Source: Octopus vulgaris (taxonomy: Eukaryota). Taken from it: 64,000 bases of DNA. The translations under genes and the position numbers were made by a program. The stretch covers positions 42,036,001 to 42,100,000 of the forward strand of contig OX597819.1 in assembly GCA_951406725.2 (NCBI GenBank), read 5' to 3'. The stretch's first letter is position 1. Each line of letters begins with the position of its first letter. Shown in pieces: positions 50,400-63,423 of this stretch. The notes under the pieces were generated by a model. That model ran no database searches. It had not been told where the DNA came from and saw only the letters and a program-made list of their open reading frames with translations.

Positions 50400-52250
50400 A
50401 AATGGATAAAATTGATTAACAGGTGTTATTTATTTAAAAACATTCAAATTCATACAGAGAAATTCCAGCCTACAGCTGTTTCCACACCAATCAATTCAAT
50501 TACAGAAATAAAATCAAAATTTCCATATTTGAAACCAGTTAAATAGGTATTTCCTCAGGGAAAATTTCAAAAGGAAGTCACATTTCTACGTGAAGATCAA
50601 CTTACAACAAACTCAGATGTATGTGTTTTTTCTTGAATGCAAGCATTCCTTAGGAAAACGTTATTAGCATATATATATATATAAATAAACACATTCAACA
50701 TATTTGTGCTCGTACAAATATGATACACAATAGTTCATTGATGGTGTTAGAGAATGATGGATAAAAACAAATGAATGGGGGAGAACATTATAGATAAAGT
50801 ATGAAGGAGAAGGTAGCTAAATACATCAAGTAATTGAGTATATGTTTGTTAACAATACTGAAGATTAGTAAAATATATTATATCAAATTCCATTTAATTT
50901 CATCTAAAATAGTTACGTCATCAATATTTGCGTAAATATACGGTCAGTACTTATTACGAAAACATAATCAGAACTTACATATTACCAGATACTACATATA
51001 GAAAATCTACATTGTAACCAAATGCACCAAAACTGCCACTATTTTAAGATAATATTCTATATTTAATAGGTTACTATAGGAATTTTAACCAAATATTTTA
51101 GAGAAGTATGTTTAATGGAATTTACAGTAAAATCAATAAACAATGCCACTTATATTAGATTTAACTTATTTCTACAATATTTAATTAGTTTTTATACTTA
51201 TTTAGTATATGAAACCCCAAAAACTGCATTATACCAGAAATATTAATCTATTTAAAAATATAAGCAATTATCAATAATTACTATAATCCTAATGATAGTT
51301 CCTAAATGTCCATTTAGATGCATGCACACAAGAAAATCCCATTTCTATACTAGCATATAAGAGAAGTCTTTTAGAAAATAATATCAAATAGAGCTCTTCT
51401 AACAAAGAAAGCAGAAAGAGTTTCCTATAATTTCCCACTCCACAAAAGAACATTTATTCTTGTCCTTTAAATCCCAAATAAATTTACTAAGGCTGTTTCT
51501 GTTATTAAAGATGTAAATATGGTTAGGAATAAGTGTTTTCCTTATTACTCATATTATTACTCTGTTTCCTATCATTACCAATTAGATATTTATTGTTCGT
51601 AGTTTTATTTACATTCAAAAGGTTGGGATAGGATTTTACTAGAGTAGTTTCCCTTTGTACATTAGATATCGATTGGTAATAATGCTACATCGTTTACAAT
51701 TGATACAATTGTTATAAAAATAACATAATAATTTTCTTTTTGTCAGTGAACAGGTCGCGGATTTTAGCGACGAAAATATTTTGACAAATTAAACTTAAAT
51801 GTTGAAGTGAATCGAACGGCTTTTGTGTGTTTCTTTAAATGGCTTACAAACACCTTCCACGCTGCAATTGTTTTCGTTCCAGCCCACGATCTCAGATCAA
51901 ATCACTTGCTATGCGAATACATCTCCGTAATAATTTTCCTTCATTAATCGAAAACATAATCTGATATAAATTATTAAAGACAAAATGACCAATTCTAAAA
52001 AGCCTCGGGATAATAATATCATAACATATTTTCTTTTGTAAAATGTTTGGAAAAAAGTTTGTATAAAGTACCAACCAAATTATCCTTAATTTGTTTAGCA
52101 AATGGAACAATAAATCAAGCAGTTTCATTCTTATCAGAAGATTTGTATCAGTTTCATTCTTATCAGTGTTATAACCTCTACATTTTCGACTATTATTGGA
52201 TATATGAGGTGTTTGCTTTTTAATCGTTTTATTCCTAGTCCCGATAGTAC
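50400..52250 (-). mobile_element. Decayed Penelope-like element (3' part)
   Basis: FIVPFAKQIKDNLVGTLYKLFSKHFTKEN (52028-52114) resembles the post-RT linker. NSLSKFIWDLKDKNKCSFVEWEIIG (51423-51497), CFLC and CVH resemble a PLE GIY-YIG C-terminal region. A hammerhead motif lies downstream. Confidence 0.65.
50469..50560 (-). ncRNA. Hammerhead motif in the presumed Penelope pseudo-LTR
   Basis: CC-CTGAGGA-AATACC...GGTGTG-GAAA-CAGCTG-TA-GG, with palindromic stem III and a short stem I. Confidence 0.6.
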
Positions 52251-52397
52251 GAAAAATATTAAAAGATTATAATACATCTTCGGATAAGAATGAAAGCCAT
52301 TCAGTTTTATATTTGAACTTAAGTGGGAAAAGCTGGGATGTGAATTATATATGGGGCAAGGTTAAAACAATGAAGGGAAAATGATTTGTACAAAGAT

Positions 52398-52619
52398 TTA
52401 ACCGTTTAGCATTTAAACTAGCTATATCTGGCCAGAATACTGTTTTATGTTCAAACTGGCTAGATTCAGCTTCTCACACCTACCCTAAAATATTATTCTA
52501 CACATAAACAACCACATCAATGAAATCTCAAAGCTACAAAGTGACACATGATGAATTAAAAACAATGTGAATAAAACAAAAACATATATGACAAAGAAAC
52601 CTGAATTCTAAAGGATTAA
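52398..52619. mobile_element. piggyBac-like MITE
   Basis: TTAA-bounded; similar to 24595-24954. Confidence 0.7.
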
Positions 52620-52871
52620 GACTAAATCAAGGATGTAACTCATACATGAGTAAGTTGTCATTTTTTCCATGCTTGCATGGGTTTGGAAGGAATTTATTGT
52701 GGCAGATTTTCTACAACCAGATGCCCTCCCTGTCACCAGCCCTCACCAGTGTTTCCAAGTGAGGTAATATTTCCCCCAATGAGTAAATACATTTCCACAG
52801 AATGCTGGCTTCAAATTTTGGTACAAGACCAACAAGCTCAACTGCACGGAACCTTAGGCAGATGTCTTATA

Positions 52872-53352
52872 CAGGTACCGAACTTCTTATCCAGCAACCA
52901 TGGGACCGGATGTGGTCTGTATTTCTAGACACAGGCTAAATATCTACCAAAAATATAAAATAAACAACGGAAAGTAAAGCACACAAAATTGTATAACATA
53001 TACAAATTAATACATTTCTAAAGCAGAGTCTGATCTTTAAGGCACTTAAAATTCTTAAAACTCTTAAGATATATATAGAATACTGGAGCACATATAATAT
53101 ATAGGATGAAAAATAAACAACGAAAAGTAAAGAACATTAATTAAGACCACTACCTATGAGAGGAGGGCATCCACTCAGCAGCAGTCACAGAGGAACTGGT
53201 GTCATGTGACGCATATGCCATGGAAACCAAAACAAAGTGGCCATGCGGCAAACTACTACACCTTGCCAAATTCTAAGCTAGCCAGTTTCAAAAATAGCTG
53301 GATTTCTGGGGATTTCAGATTTCTGGATTCTGGATAAGAGGTTTGGTACCTG
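52872..53352. mobile_element. Tc1/pogo-type MITE nested in a SINE
   Basis: TIRs CAGGTACCGAACTTCTTATCCAG / CTGGATAAGAGGTTTGGTACCTG with TA on both sides. The family A SINE continues across it. Confidence 0.85.
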
Positions 53353-53431
53353 TAAAATAGCCCTGGGCCAACCAAAACCTTGAGAATGGGCTTGATAGAT
53401 GGAAACTGGAAAAGAAGCCCATCATGTGTGC

Positions 53432-53462
<31 letters not shown>

Positions 53463-54112
53463 TGTGTGTGTGTGTTTGTCCTCCACCACCACCTGACTAC
53501 CAGTATTGGTGTGTTTATGTCCCTGTAACTTAGTGGCTCGGAAAAACAGACCAACAGAATATGTACCAGGCTTTCTTTTACACTTTTACTTTTTTCAGTC
53601 ATTTGACTGCGGCCATGCTGGAGCACCACCTTTAGTCAAACAAATCGACCCCAGGACTTATTCTTAGTAAGCCTAGTATTTATACTGCCGGTCTCTTTTG
53701 CTGAACATCCATTTTCTATGTTGGCATGAGTTGGACGGTTTGATCAGAACTGGTAAGGCAGAGGGCTGCGCCAAACTCTATTGTCTGTTTTGACATGATT
53801 TCCACAGCTGGATGTCCTTCCTAATGCCAATCAGTCTACAGAGTGTACTGGGTGCTTTTTATGTGGCACCAGCACCATTGAGATCACAATATAACTTGCC
53901 AGACAAAGACCCCTCAACTAGAAAATGAGAATAGTATTGAAGGGGCTGGCTTAGTATCAGTTGATGAGAGGCTAAAAGAATAAGAGAGGGACAGAGAGAG
54001 AGCTAGCTTGCTGGAGAAGGGATACAAGGATATCCCAGTTGGAGGAAGAAGAAAGGAGTGAAAGAGAGACTGAGAGAGAAAGATAGAGATAGGGAGCATG
54101 AGAGAGTTGGTG

Positions 54113-54303
54113 GTGGATATGTGTCAGGACACACCCCCTAGGTAGAGCAGAGGGTGAAGATAGGTGAAACGGTGCTCAGAGATGATAATTATGGAGAGGA
54201 CTGACTGTAGTGGATATGTGTCAGGACACACCCCCAAGGTAGAGCAGAGAGTGAAGATAGGTGAAACGGTGCTCAGAGATGATAATTATGGAGAAGACTG
54301 ACT
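54113..54303. repeat. Tandem duplication, 97-bp period, 2 copies
   Basis: GTGGATATGTGTCAGGACACACCCC...GACTGACT occurs twice. Confidence 0.95.
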
Positions 54304-54352
54304 CATATAGCAAAAAAAAAAAAATGAACCAAGATTTTGTAACATCGATGTG

Positions 54353-54609
54353 TCATGCTTTTAAATTCATACCAAGTTCACTGGTAACAAATGTTCTCAT
54401 GATGTTTATCAGTTCCTTATGGACACTTGGATGGGACTGCACATTACGTAAGAGATTGGGACCAAATTGAATAGCTGCATTCACTAACGCATGTTTAACT
54501 TTTGAGCATAATAACTCCTTTTTTTCTTCTGACATTTCACAAATGATCTGAGAAACAGGTTTAAAATTCTTGGCCATTCCTGATGCTGCTAATCCACCAA
54601 CTGCACCAC
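54353..54609 (-). CDS. C19orf12: C19orf12 (Nazo-like) homolog, last exon
   Basis: Acceptor tttttttag. GAVGGLAASGMAKNFKPVSQIICEM...FVTSELGMNLKA* matches [26 protein letters not shown]...YVTKEL. Confidence 0.92.
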
Positions 54610-54944
54610 CTAAAAAAAATATACATACAAATACAATTATTTTACAGAAGACTTTCATTAAATATCAGACATTTTTTTTTTAACAACTGAACTCTAATGA
54701 TTTGTTGACATCTGGTATTTCATTATGCAACCAAAATATACTATAAAGTACATTAAATGTTTTTATAAGTCAACACCACGTCCTACTGTGTTAGCAGTGC
54801 ATTTTACATTATTTTGCTAAGGTTATTTCTGTGGGTATTCTATAGAAATTTTAGCTAGCGCCGATTTTTGCTACATTTCATATCGAGACATCAGATGTAG
54901 ATACACAATTAGATCAAAGCCTACTTTTGGCATTATACATTACC

Positions 54945-55368
54945 CGAGCACATCTGAGCATGATCGTTGCCAGGGCCACGGGTTGGCTCCTGTGCCGGTG
55001 GCACATGAAAAGCACCATTCGAGTGTGATCATTGCCAGTGTTGCCTTACCGGCACATGTGTTGGTGGCATGTGAAAAACAACATTCGAGTGTGGTCATTG
55101 CCAGTGCTGATGGACTGGCTCCCGTGCAGGTAGCACGTAAAAACCCCTTTTGAGCGTGGTCGTTGCCAGAACCGCCTGACTGGCCCTTATGCCAGTGGCA
55201 TGTAAAAGCACTCATTACACTCTCGGAGTGGTTGGTGTTAGGAAGGGCATCCAGCTGTAGAAACTTTGCGAGATCAGATCAAGCCTGGTGCAGCCTATAG
55301 CTCATCAGTCCTCAGTCAAACCGTCCAACCCATGCCAGCATGGAAAGTGGACGTATGATGATGATGAT
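54945..55368 (+). mobile_element. RTE 3' UTR fragment (similar pieces at 56660-56978 +, 58765-59175 -, 61570-61770 +)
   Basis: GCCGGTGGCAC...AAAAGCACC tandem units, GGTTGGYGTTAGGAAGGGCATCCAGC and a (GAT)n tail. Confidence 0.9.
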
Positions 55369-55735
55369 CTCATTGTTTGTTTACATTTGATGTCACAATA
55401 TGAAAGGTTGCAGCAAAAAAGTCAATGCTGGTTATAATTTCTGTAGAGATAACCATAACAAAATAACTGAACTCTATTTTCAATTCATTTCAAGATTTCA
55501 TTAATAATCAAAATTAAATGGAGAACTAAATTATGGCAAGGAGAGTCTAGCAAAAAAAAAAAAAATAGGAAGGATAAAACCAGAGATTTTGTTTTTGTGT
55601 GTGATTCAAATTTCGTTTGTCTGTTGGTCAGCAATGCATTGTGGGTAGCGAAACTGGGTGTCCTGAACTTAATACTCAGGCATATGCTATGAACACAGGC
55701 CATATTGAATTACTAAATATTACAATACATATAGA

Positions 55736-56104
55736 ACAAGAGTACTCAGTAAGCGAACCTCCGCTAAGGCAACATCAATGCCCTCTCAATGATTAGACAG
55801 AGATGATTTTTAAAATGAGAATATCTGAAATAAACTCGACTGCTCTTACAAGCAGGAATACTAAAAATGAACCCAACGACTCTCAAAAATTAAGTGAAAA
55901 AAACAGGAAAAATAAGCCAGAATCCTTGGTCAGTACTGGATCGATCCTAAAACCTGATAAGTTCATGCCAGTCATGAGGCCAAACATCCATGAAAGTTTC
56001 TTCCAAATCCATCTAGTGGTTCTTGAGATATCTTTTCCACAGACAAACAAACAAACAAAACACAACTGAAAACAATACCTCCACTTTCGCTAAGGTGGAG
56101 GTAT
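55736..56104 (-). mobile_element. Non-autonomous Helentron-associated (DINE-1/HINE-like) element
   Basis: Terminal hairpin TACCTCCAC...GTGGAGGTA, adjacent (GTTT)n microsatellite, matching subterminal ACCTCCGCTAAGG and a small palindrome GAGTACTC at the other end. Confidence 0.6.
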
Positions 56105-57819
56105 AGGTGTTAATTAACTTCTAAACTGAATAGTTTTACCAGTTACGAGTCACAAAGCAAACATAGGAGAAATAAAGATGAACACAAGTGTTTTGTTTTG
56201 TTTTTTAATCGAGACTGTGTTATCAGCATTAGCTGATATCATTCTGACAAAAAGAAAATTTGGAAGGTCATAGAAGTGATAGAGAGATAGGTCTTAATGT
56301 GTGACACAAGTGTTAATATCTTATACTTTAAACTTGTCTCGAGTATAACATTAAACTGCATTCAGTGGTGAGGCTCCAGCTTGGGAGTTCTGGAGTTGTT
56401 GAGTGCAGGGAGTCACCATTTAATTACAATTAATCCTGGTCCATTCTGATCCAGAACACTAAGTACCTACCAGGGTCCCATCTATTTTTGAGAGTGATCG
56501 GGTTCATTTTTAGTATTCATGTTTGTGAGAGCAGTCAAGTTTATTTCAGATATTTTTATTTTAAAAATCATCTCTGGCTAATCGTTGAGAAGACGTTGGT
56601 GTTGCCTTGGTGTAGGTTTGCAATCTGTGAGTCCTCTTGTTCTATATCTACTGTAATTTTCGTCACCTTACTGGCACTTGTGCTGGTGGCACATGAGAAA
56701 AACATTCAAGTGAGGTCGTTGCCAGTGCCGCTGGACTGGCTCCTGTGCAGGTGGCACATAAAAAGCATCTTTTGAGCATGGCCGTTGCCAGTACCACTTG
56801 ACTGGCCATCGTGCTGGTGGCACGTAAAAGCACCCACTACACTCTCGGGGTGGTTGGTGTGGAAACTCTGCCAGATCAGATTGGTGTCTCGTGCAGCCAT
56901 CTGGTTCACCAGACCTCAGTCAAATCGTCCAACCCATGCCAGCATGGAAAGCAGACGTTAAACGATGATGATGATGATTGTAATTCAGTATAGCCTGTAT
57001 TCATAGCATATGTCTGAATATTATGTTCAGGACACCCTGTTTTACTACCCACAATGCATTTGAATCACACACTAAGGGTACATTGAACTCCTTAGATACA
57101 GTGAAAGCAATTAATGTAGGAGATGGAAAACTCTGAAATGAATACCTTTTTCTAACATGCCCTAATCCAGATTGGAAGGGTATGGCTGATGAAAAACTAA
57201 TATGCGTTATGTCCAATAAAAATAGATTCATAACTACGGAGGCAACTATCTCATGGCAGTGCATGTTCTGCCACAAGCAGAGATAACAGGAAATGTCAAT
57301 GACTTGGAACATTATACATTCTGTAAATGACTTGGAACAATATACATTATGTCATAGGGGTCTCTTATCTTTAAACTGAAACTATGCAACAAATTTGTAT
57401 GATAGCAAGTAGATTACAAGAGTTGGAGGGTGAAAATTATAACTAAATCATGTTAAAGGGCTAGAGTTTGGCCCTTCCATTTGTTGCCCCACCAGACCCC
57501 ACAGAAAACATATTGCCTACAGCAGACCTAAAAGTCCTGTATCTCCAGTAGTTTCTTTTTCATAATGTCAGGAATTATCACATGCTGTATTATTCCAATA
57601 TAATCTATTCTGGCTTATAGCTTACAAGATGAAAAGTGCCATCCAAGACAGACTGCCCCTAGCACCCTCCCTCTCCCAGGGTCAATGAAATAAGTACCAG
57701 TTGAGCACTGGAGTTGCTTTTGTGGCTATAATACAAAGGAATAAGTGAGGATTAATAACTTGGGTAATATTTGAACCTGAGGATTTTTAGTAGTACTAAA
57801 GGGGTAAATATAAAACACC

Positions 57820-58301
57820 TTAACCCTTTTGTTACCCTATTATATATTTTAACCCTTTTGCTACCCTATTTCTGTTGAGCTGCTCTGTGTTTCTTTCAAT
57901 TAATTTTAAATATAACAAAGAATTTAGTAAAATAACTTAGTTATCATTCAGCTAGTGTGGAAGATTTTTAATTCAGAACTTTTGAAAACAAGACATTTGT
58001 ACTACAGAGCCAGAAGTGGTTTCAGCCAGGTTGGTATCGAAAGGGTTAAGAATTGTTTCTCTATTATATATTTTAACCCTTTCATTACTGTATTTCTGTT
58101 GAGATGCTCTTTGTTTCTTTCACTTAATTTTAAATATAACATAGAATTTAGTAAAATAACTTTGTTATCATTCAGCTAGCTTCAGAAACATAAATTGTGA
58201 CTAAAGTTTGGTGGAAGATTTTAATTCTAAACTTATGAAAACAAGACATTTGTACTCAGAGCCAGAAGCAGTTTCAGTCAGGTTGGTATCAAAAGGGTTA
58301 A
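57820..58301. mobile_element. Two tandem piggyBac-like MITEs plus a partial end
   Basis: TTAA-bounded copies at 57849-58049 and 58073-58301. Confidence 0.9.
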
Positions 58302-58347
58302 TTAAATCTATTAATTTCTCAGAAATAATATGATATTTACAACTTAC

Positions 58348-58509
58348 CAATAGCAAGTCCAGGGGGTCCAAGGAACAGACCTCCAACAAATGCTGTGATT
58401 CCAGTTAATGCAGCACCCTTCATGCTTTCATTGATAGTAACAAAAATCTCTTTATCATTGGATAGAATACACAGTAAGTCTAAAATCTCTCGATTTTTAA
58501 GTATTGAAG
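58348..58509 (-). CDS. C19orf12: C19orf12 homolog, internal exon (162 nt, phase 1/1)
   Basis: SILKNREILDLLCILS...SMKGAALTGITAFVGGLFLGPPGLAIG glycine-zipper region, bounded by ttttag and GTAAGT. Confidence 0.92.
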
Positions 58510-59535
58510 CTAAAAGAAAATGAAAAACCAAAGAAACAATAAAATATGTTGTGAAATACAAAAAATAATAATGACAAGACATTACATAACATGCTTATAT
58601 TTTGCAATTGACATAAAACTCATGTTCACATTAAACAAAACATCAGCTGTGGTTCACAGTTGACATAATATAAAGATGGGTCACCGATGATGATGTTTCA
58701 TTTCTTAAACTACCTCCATTTATTCTTGTTTACCATGATACCTTCAGAGAGAAGGATTTTCAACATCGTCATCATCATCATAGTTAAATGTCTGCTTTCC
58801 ATGCTGACATAGGTTGGATGGTTTGACTGAGGACTGGCAAGCCAGTTGGCTGCACCAGGTTCCAATCTCATCTGGCAAGGTTTCTACTGCTGGATGCCCT
58901 TCCTAATGCCAACCACTCTGAGTGTATTGGGTGCTTTATATGTGCCACTGACATGAGGGCTAGTCAGATGGCACTGGCATCAACCACACTTCAATGGTGC
59001 CTTTTACATGCCACCAGCATGGGAGCCAATCAGGTGGCACTGGTAATGACCATGCTTGAATGATACTTTTTACATGCCACCAGCATGGGAGTCAGTCAGG
59101 TGACACTGGTAATGACTACACTCAAATAGTGCTTTTTACGTGCCACCAGCATGGAAGCCAGTCAGGCGGCACTGGCTATTCATTTCCATCTATTATCTCC
59201 ACCCATAATTTCTGGGAGAGTGATGGCAGTAGACTCTTCATGCACTTCTTCCATGGGTTCCTATCAGAAGCAACCCTCAGTAAACCTCCCAGCTGGATTT
59301 CCATGTATGACCAACTGAGTCTAGGGATATTACCTACTTCTTTACTACCCACAAGGGGCTAAACATAGAGGGGACAAACAAGGACAGACAAATGGATTAA
59401 GTCGATTATATTGACCCCAGTACATAACTGGTACTTATTTAATTTTCAGAATCTGATCAAAGGTTGTTCAATTAGAAAAGATAAGAGGAAACTTTTCAAA
59501 TATAAATAAAGTAAAAGTAAACAAAAATAAACATA

Positions 59536-59706
59536 GGTGTAGGAGTGGCTGTGTGGTAAGTAGCTTACTTATCAACCACATGGTTCCGGGTTCAGTCCCA
59601 CTGCATGGCACCATGGGCAAGTGTCTTCTACTATAGCCTCAGGCCAACCAAAGCCTTGTGAGTGGATTTGGTAGACGGAAACTGAAAGAAGCCTGTCGTA
59701 CATATG

Positions 59707-59743
<37 letters not shown>

Positions 59744-59950
59744 ATGTTTGTGTGTCTGTGTTTGTCCCTCCAACTTCGCTTGACAACTGATGTTGGTGTG
59801 TTTATGTCCCCATAACTTAGTAGTTTGGCAAAAGAGACCGATAGAATAAGTACTAAGCTTACAAAGAATAAGTCCTGGGGTCGATTTGCTCGACTAAAGG
59901 TGGTGCTCCAGCATGGCCACAGTCAAATGACTGAAACAAGTAAAAGAGTA
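59536..59950 (+). mobile_element. Full-length tRNA-derived SINE (family A)
   Basis: Copy of 41493-41866. Confidence 0.92.
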
Positions 59951-60134
59951 TTATTTCCCATTTTACTCTTAGTTTTCTTCCATTTTGAAAAATAAAAATT
60001 TATTTTATTGTTTATTATTGTTTACATTTCGGATTATATAAGGAGGCACCAAAATTTTTGTGTGCTTAGGGCCTCTATGGGTCATAACCCAGCTCTGGGT
60101 ACACTGCTGTAGCAGTATTCTTTTATTCTTTCCC

Positions 60135-60772
60135 ACTGAGGTTGACTTTACCTTTCAGGGGTTGATAAATTAAGTACCAGTTGCATACTGGGGTCGATCA
60201 AATCAACTGGCCTCCTCCCCCAAAACTTCAGGCTTTGTGCCTAGAGTAGACAAGAAACATTAGCACACTGGGCGAAATGCTTAGCACTATTTCATCTGTC
60301 TTTACGTTCCGAGTTCAAATTCCACCAAGGTCAACTTTGCCTTTCATCCTTTCGAGTTTAATAAAGTAAGTACCAGTTGCATACTGAGATCGCTCTAATT
60401 GACAGACCTCTCCCCCAAAATTTCGGGTCTTGTGCCTAGAGTAGAAAAGAAACATTAGCACACTGGGTGAAATGCTTTTGTCTTTATGTTCCATGTTCAA
60501 ATTCCGCCGAGGTCGACTTTGCATTTCATCCTTCCGGGATCAATAAATTTAGTACCAGTTGCATACTGGGGTTGATCGGGCCTTGTGCCTAGAATAGAAA
60601 AGAAACATTAGCACGTTGGGTGAAATGCTTAGCAGTATTTCGTCTGTCATTACGTTCTGAGTTCAAATCCCGCTGAGGTCAACTTTGCTTTTCATCCTTT
60701 TGGAGTTGATAAATCAAGTACCAGTTACACACTGGGGTCGATTGAATCAACTGGCCCCTCCCCCGAAATTTC
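60135..60772 (+). repeat. Head-to-tail array of about four SINE-derived units
   Basis: GTGCCTAGAGTAGAAAAGAAACATTAGCAC junctions recur at about 60240, 60435 and 60590. Confidence 0.85.
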
Positions 60773-60773
60773 A

Positions 60774-60930
60774 AAAATACCTTAGGAATGAGAACCCAGG
60801 TTTGAAATTTCCCTAGGACACCTGAAGAAGGCTGAAGAGTATATCAGCTTAAACGTTAACAACAAACAAGATGAGGACAAATATCCATCAAATGTAAATA
60901 ATGTATAATTCTTCGTCTCTCAAATATAGA
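60774..60930 (+). mobile_element. Headless copy of the hammerhead-bearing element at 26242-26520
   Basis: ATACCTTAGGAATGAGAACCCAGG...GACAC-CTGAAGA-AGGCTG...; same 3' end AAATATAGAA. Confidence 0.85.
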
Positions 60931-62002
60931 AATGTATACAAAATGTGTTGTCATCATTTCTGATTATCTAACAGAATGGGAGGGAATTAAAACTAACTCT
61001 ATTTGAAGTGCTGTATTATAGTATTAGTTCATTCAATTTCCTATAAGAATATATATAGTTTTATATATGTAAAATAATTTATTTATTTTTTATAATATTT
61101 TTTGAAAAACAACTGCATGTGAAAAGGGCTCTGTATTCTTGGCACTGAATCTCCAAATAAAGCCTTGTCTCCAAAGTGTTAACTATTGATTTGTCAATAT
61201 CTAATCAAACTGAAGCTTTCATTGTATTGGAATAAAATTTAAAAGCTCTGAAAAGACATTTAATGTTAATCAGGATATAAGTTATATGAAAATGCAACAG
61301 TTCTATTGAAGGAAACTTATACCAGAAAGATTATTGATCTGTTTCTAGCAAATCAGTGACATGATCAAACTGGATGACATCCAATTTTCTGTTTTTTTTA
61401 ATTCTGGCATAAATGGAATGTTATCGAATTTTTATGTTTACATATTCTTGAAACAGTTGTTTTTTATAAAATGGATGCTCTTCTTCATGTTAACCAACCT
61501 GTTATGAAATAAGGGTAAAATCTGTTTGTTTGTTATGCTTATAAGGGTAAAACCTGTTTGTTTGTTATGTGCGGGTGGCACGTAAAAAGCACCCACTACA
61601 CTCACGGAGTGGTTGGCGTTAGGAAGGGCATCCAGCCGTAGAAACACTGCCAGATCTGACTGGGCCTGATGAAGCCTTCTGGCTTCACAGACCCCAGTTG
61701 AACCGTCCAACCCATGCTAGCATGGAAAACGGACGCTAAACGATGATGATGATGATCATCATCATCATCATTGCGGTATGAGATGTCCTTTACTATAGTT
61801 GACTATAGAAAGATTATTTTAGGTAAAATGTTATATGTTTTAATCTAAATGTATTAGTATTAGACCCTAGCAGGGTCTAATACTAATACCTTGTAAAATT
61901 TAATTTAATTTGGTGGAGCTGTTTGAGAATGAATAGGGAACAGACAGACAAAGAATTTTATATAAAGAGAAATTAATTCACTTTCACTTTATTTTTATAT
62001 TA

Positions 62003-62503
62003 CATTGATCCCTCGTTTATCGCAGTAGATTGGTTCCGAGACCGGCCACGATAACTGAATTTCCACAAAGTAGGGACATCATATTTACAGTATTTATTTA
62101 ACGTGTATTTGGACTTTTAAAACCCGCCCCGTACTGTTAACAACCCACCCATTACAGTAATCTATTAATAACAAGGACAACTGTTAAGCAATAACACTTT
62201 AGATTAAAAAAAAAATAAAGATTGTTACTGTTACACAGGCCAGATTATAAAACAGAAAGCTGTGATTCGTCGTCTCTCTCCATTGCACCAATCACAGCCC
62301 ATCTTAAGTTCAAATACCCCTGTATATGCTTTTTCGCTATTTTACACTTGTTTTGTTGTTCCTAGACCAGGAAATAATATTTATTATTAATATCTTAATG
62401 GATTTAATGAAAAATTTTAGGTGTTCATAAATATATATATTTTAAAAATCCGTGATGTCGTGAATCTGCGATAGTTGAACTGCGAAGTAGTGAGGGATCA
62501 CTG
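62003..62503. mobile_element. Tigger/pogo-like MITE
   Basis: TA-CATTGATCCCTCG ... TGAGGGATCACTG-TA. Confidence 0.8.
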
Positions 62504-63423
62504 TATACCTAAGCAACTAATTAGCAATATAATGAGCAATAACATAGACTTCACAAAAGTCAACAGGCATTTCCTTTTCTTCTTTTTTAGTTTATCCTAA
62601 GTTACCCCTCGAAATTTAAGAATTTGGTGGAACAAATTAAGAACAAAAGAGAGTAATGAATATTTAGGAACAAACAAAAATAGGGCATTATTCGAATAAG
62701 GAAGATGGGATAATTTAGAACAAACTTAAAGAGGATATTGGGGGTGATTTGGGACAAACTAGGAAAGCAATCATTTAGAAAATATAAATTGAGTACCCAA
62801 AAGGGCCATACCCACCCTGCCCCATTTTGTTTATCTAAATATCTTATTTATTTACCTTCCAAGGGCTTTTTAGTGTTTTAATTACCCCTCAAAATTTGAG
62901 AATATGGGGGAGGGGGGATAAAATAGCGTGCTTCGATCAGATCTCCGTCAAAACTTGTTTATAATCCTAGACATGAAAATCTTCCAGAGAAGATAACATA
63001 AACTGCCCTTGTCAATACACAGCATTGTTTGGGTGCCCTGTTCGCTTAGAATGCAAGAATTAACTACAAGAAGTCCTTCGTTAAAAAATCGTGCGGGTGA
63101 AAAGATCAATGGGGTGGGGATGAAATTTCCGAGGCTTCCACTTGACCCCATCCCGTTTTCTGGACTATAAAAAGGGTTTTGTAGCATATTAGGGGTCACC
63201 AGAATTCATTCAACGGAAAAAAAAATTTCCAATGATTCCGGAAAAAATTTCCAATGATCCCCACTACTTTTTTTCCGAACAAAAATAAGGAGTTTATAGA
63301 ATATTAGGAGGTCAGGGTACTTGATTTTAACTCAAAAAATTCGAGTTTTTTTTTAGTGAAAATCATGCAGGTGAAAGGATCAAAATTTACCGTGGAAACT
63401 ATCCTTCCCTCAAAAAGTAAAAG

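Noticed and set aside
61438-61500. Candidate first exon for C19orf12 (acceptor, ATG, GTAAAC)
   Set aside because: The donor is phase 2 relative to its ATG, while the next exon needs phase 1.
62600-63400. Possible DNA-transposon-like sequence
   Set aside because: I could not define termini, a TSD or coding similarity.
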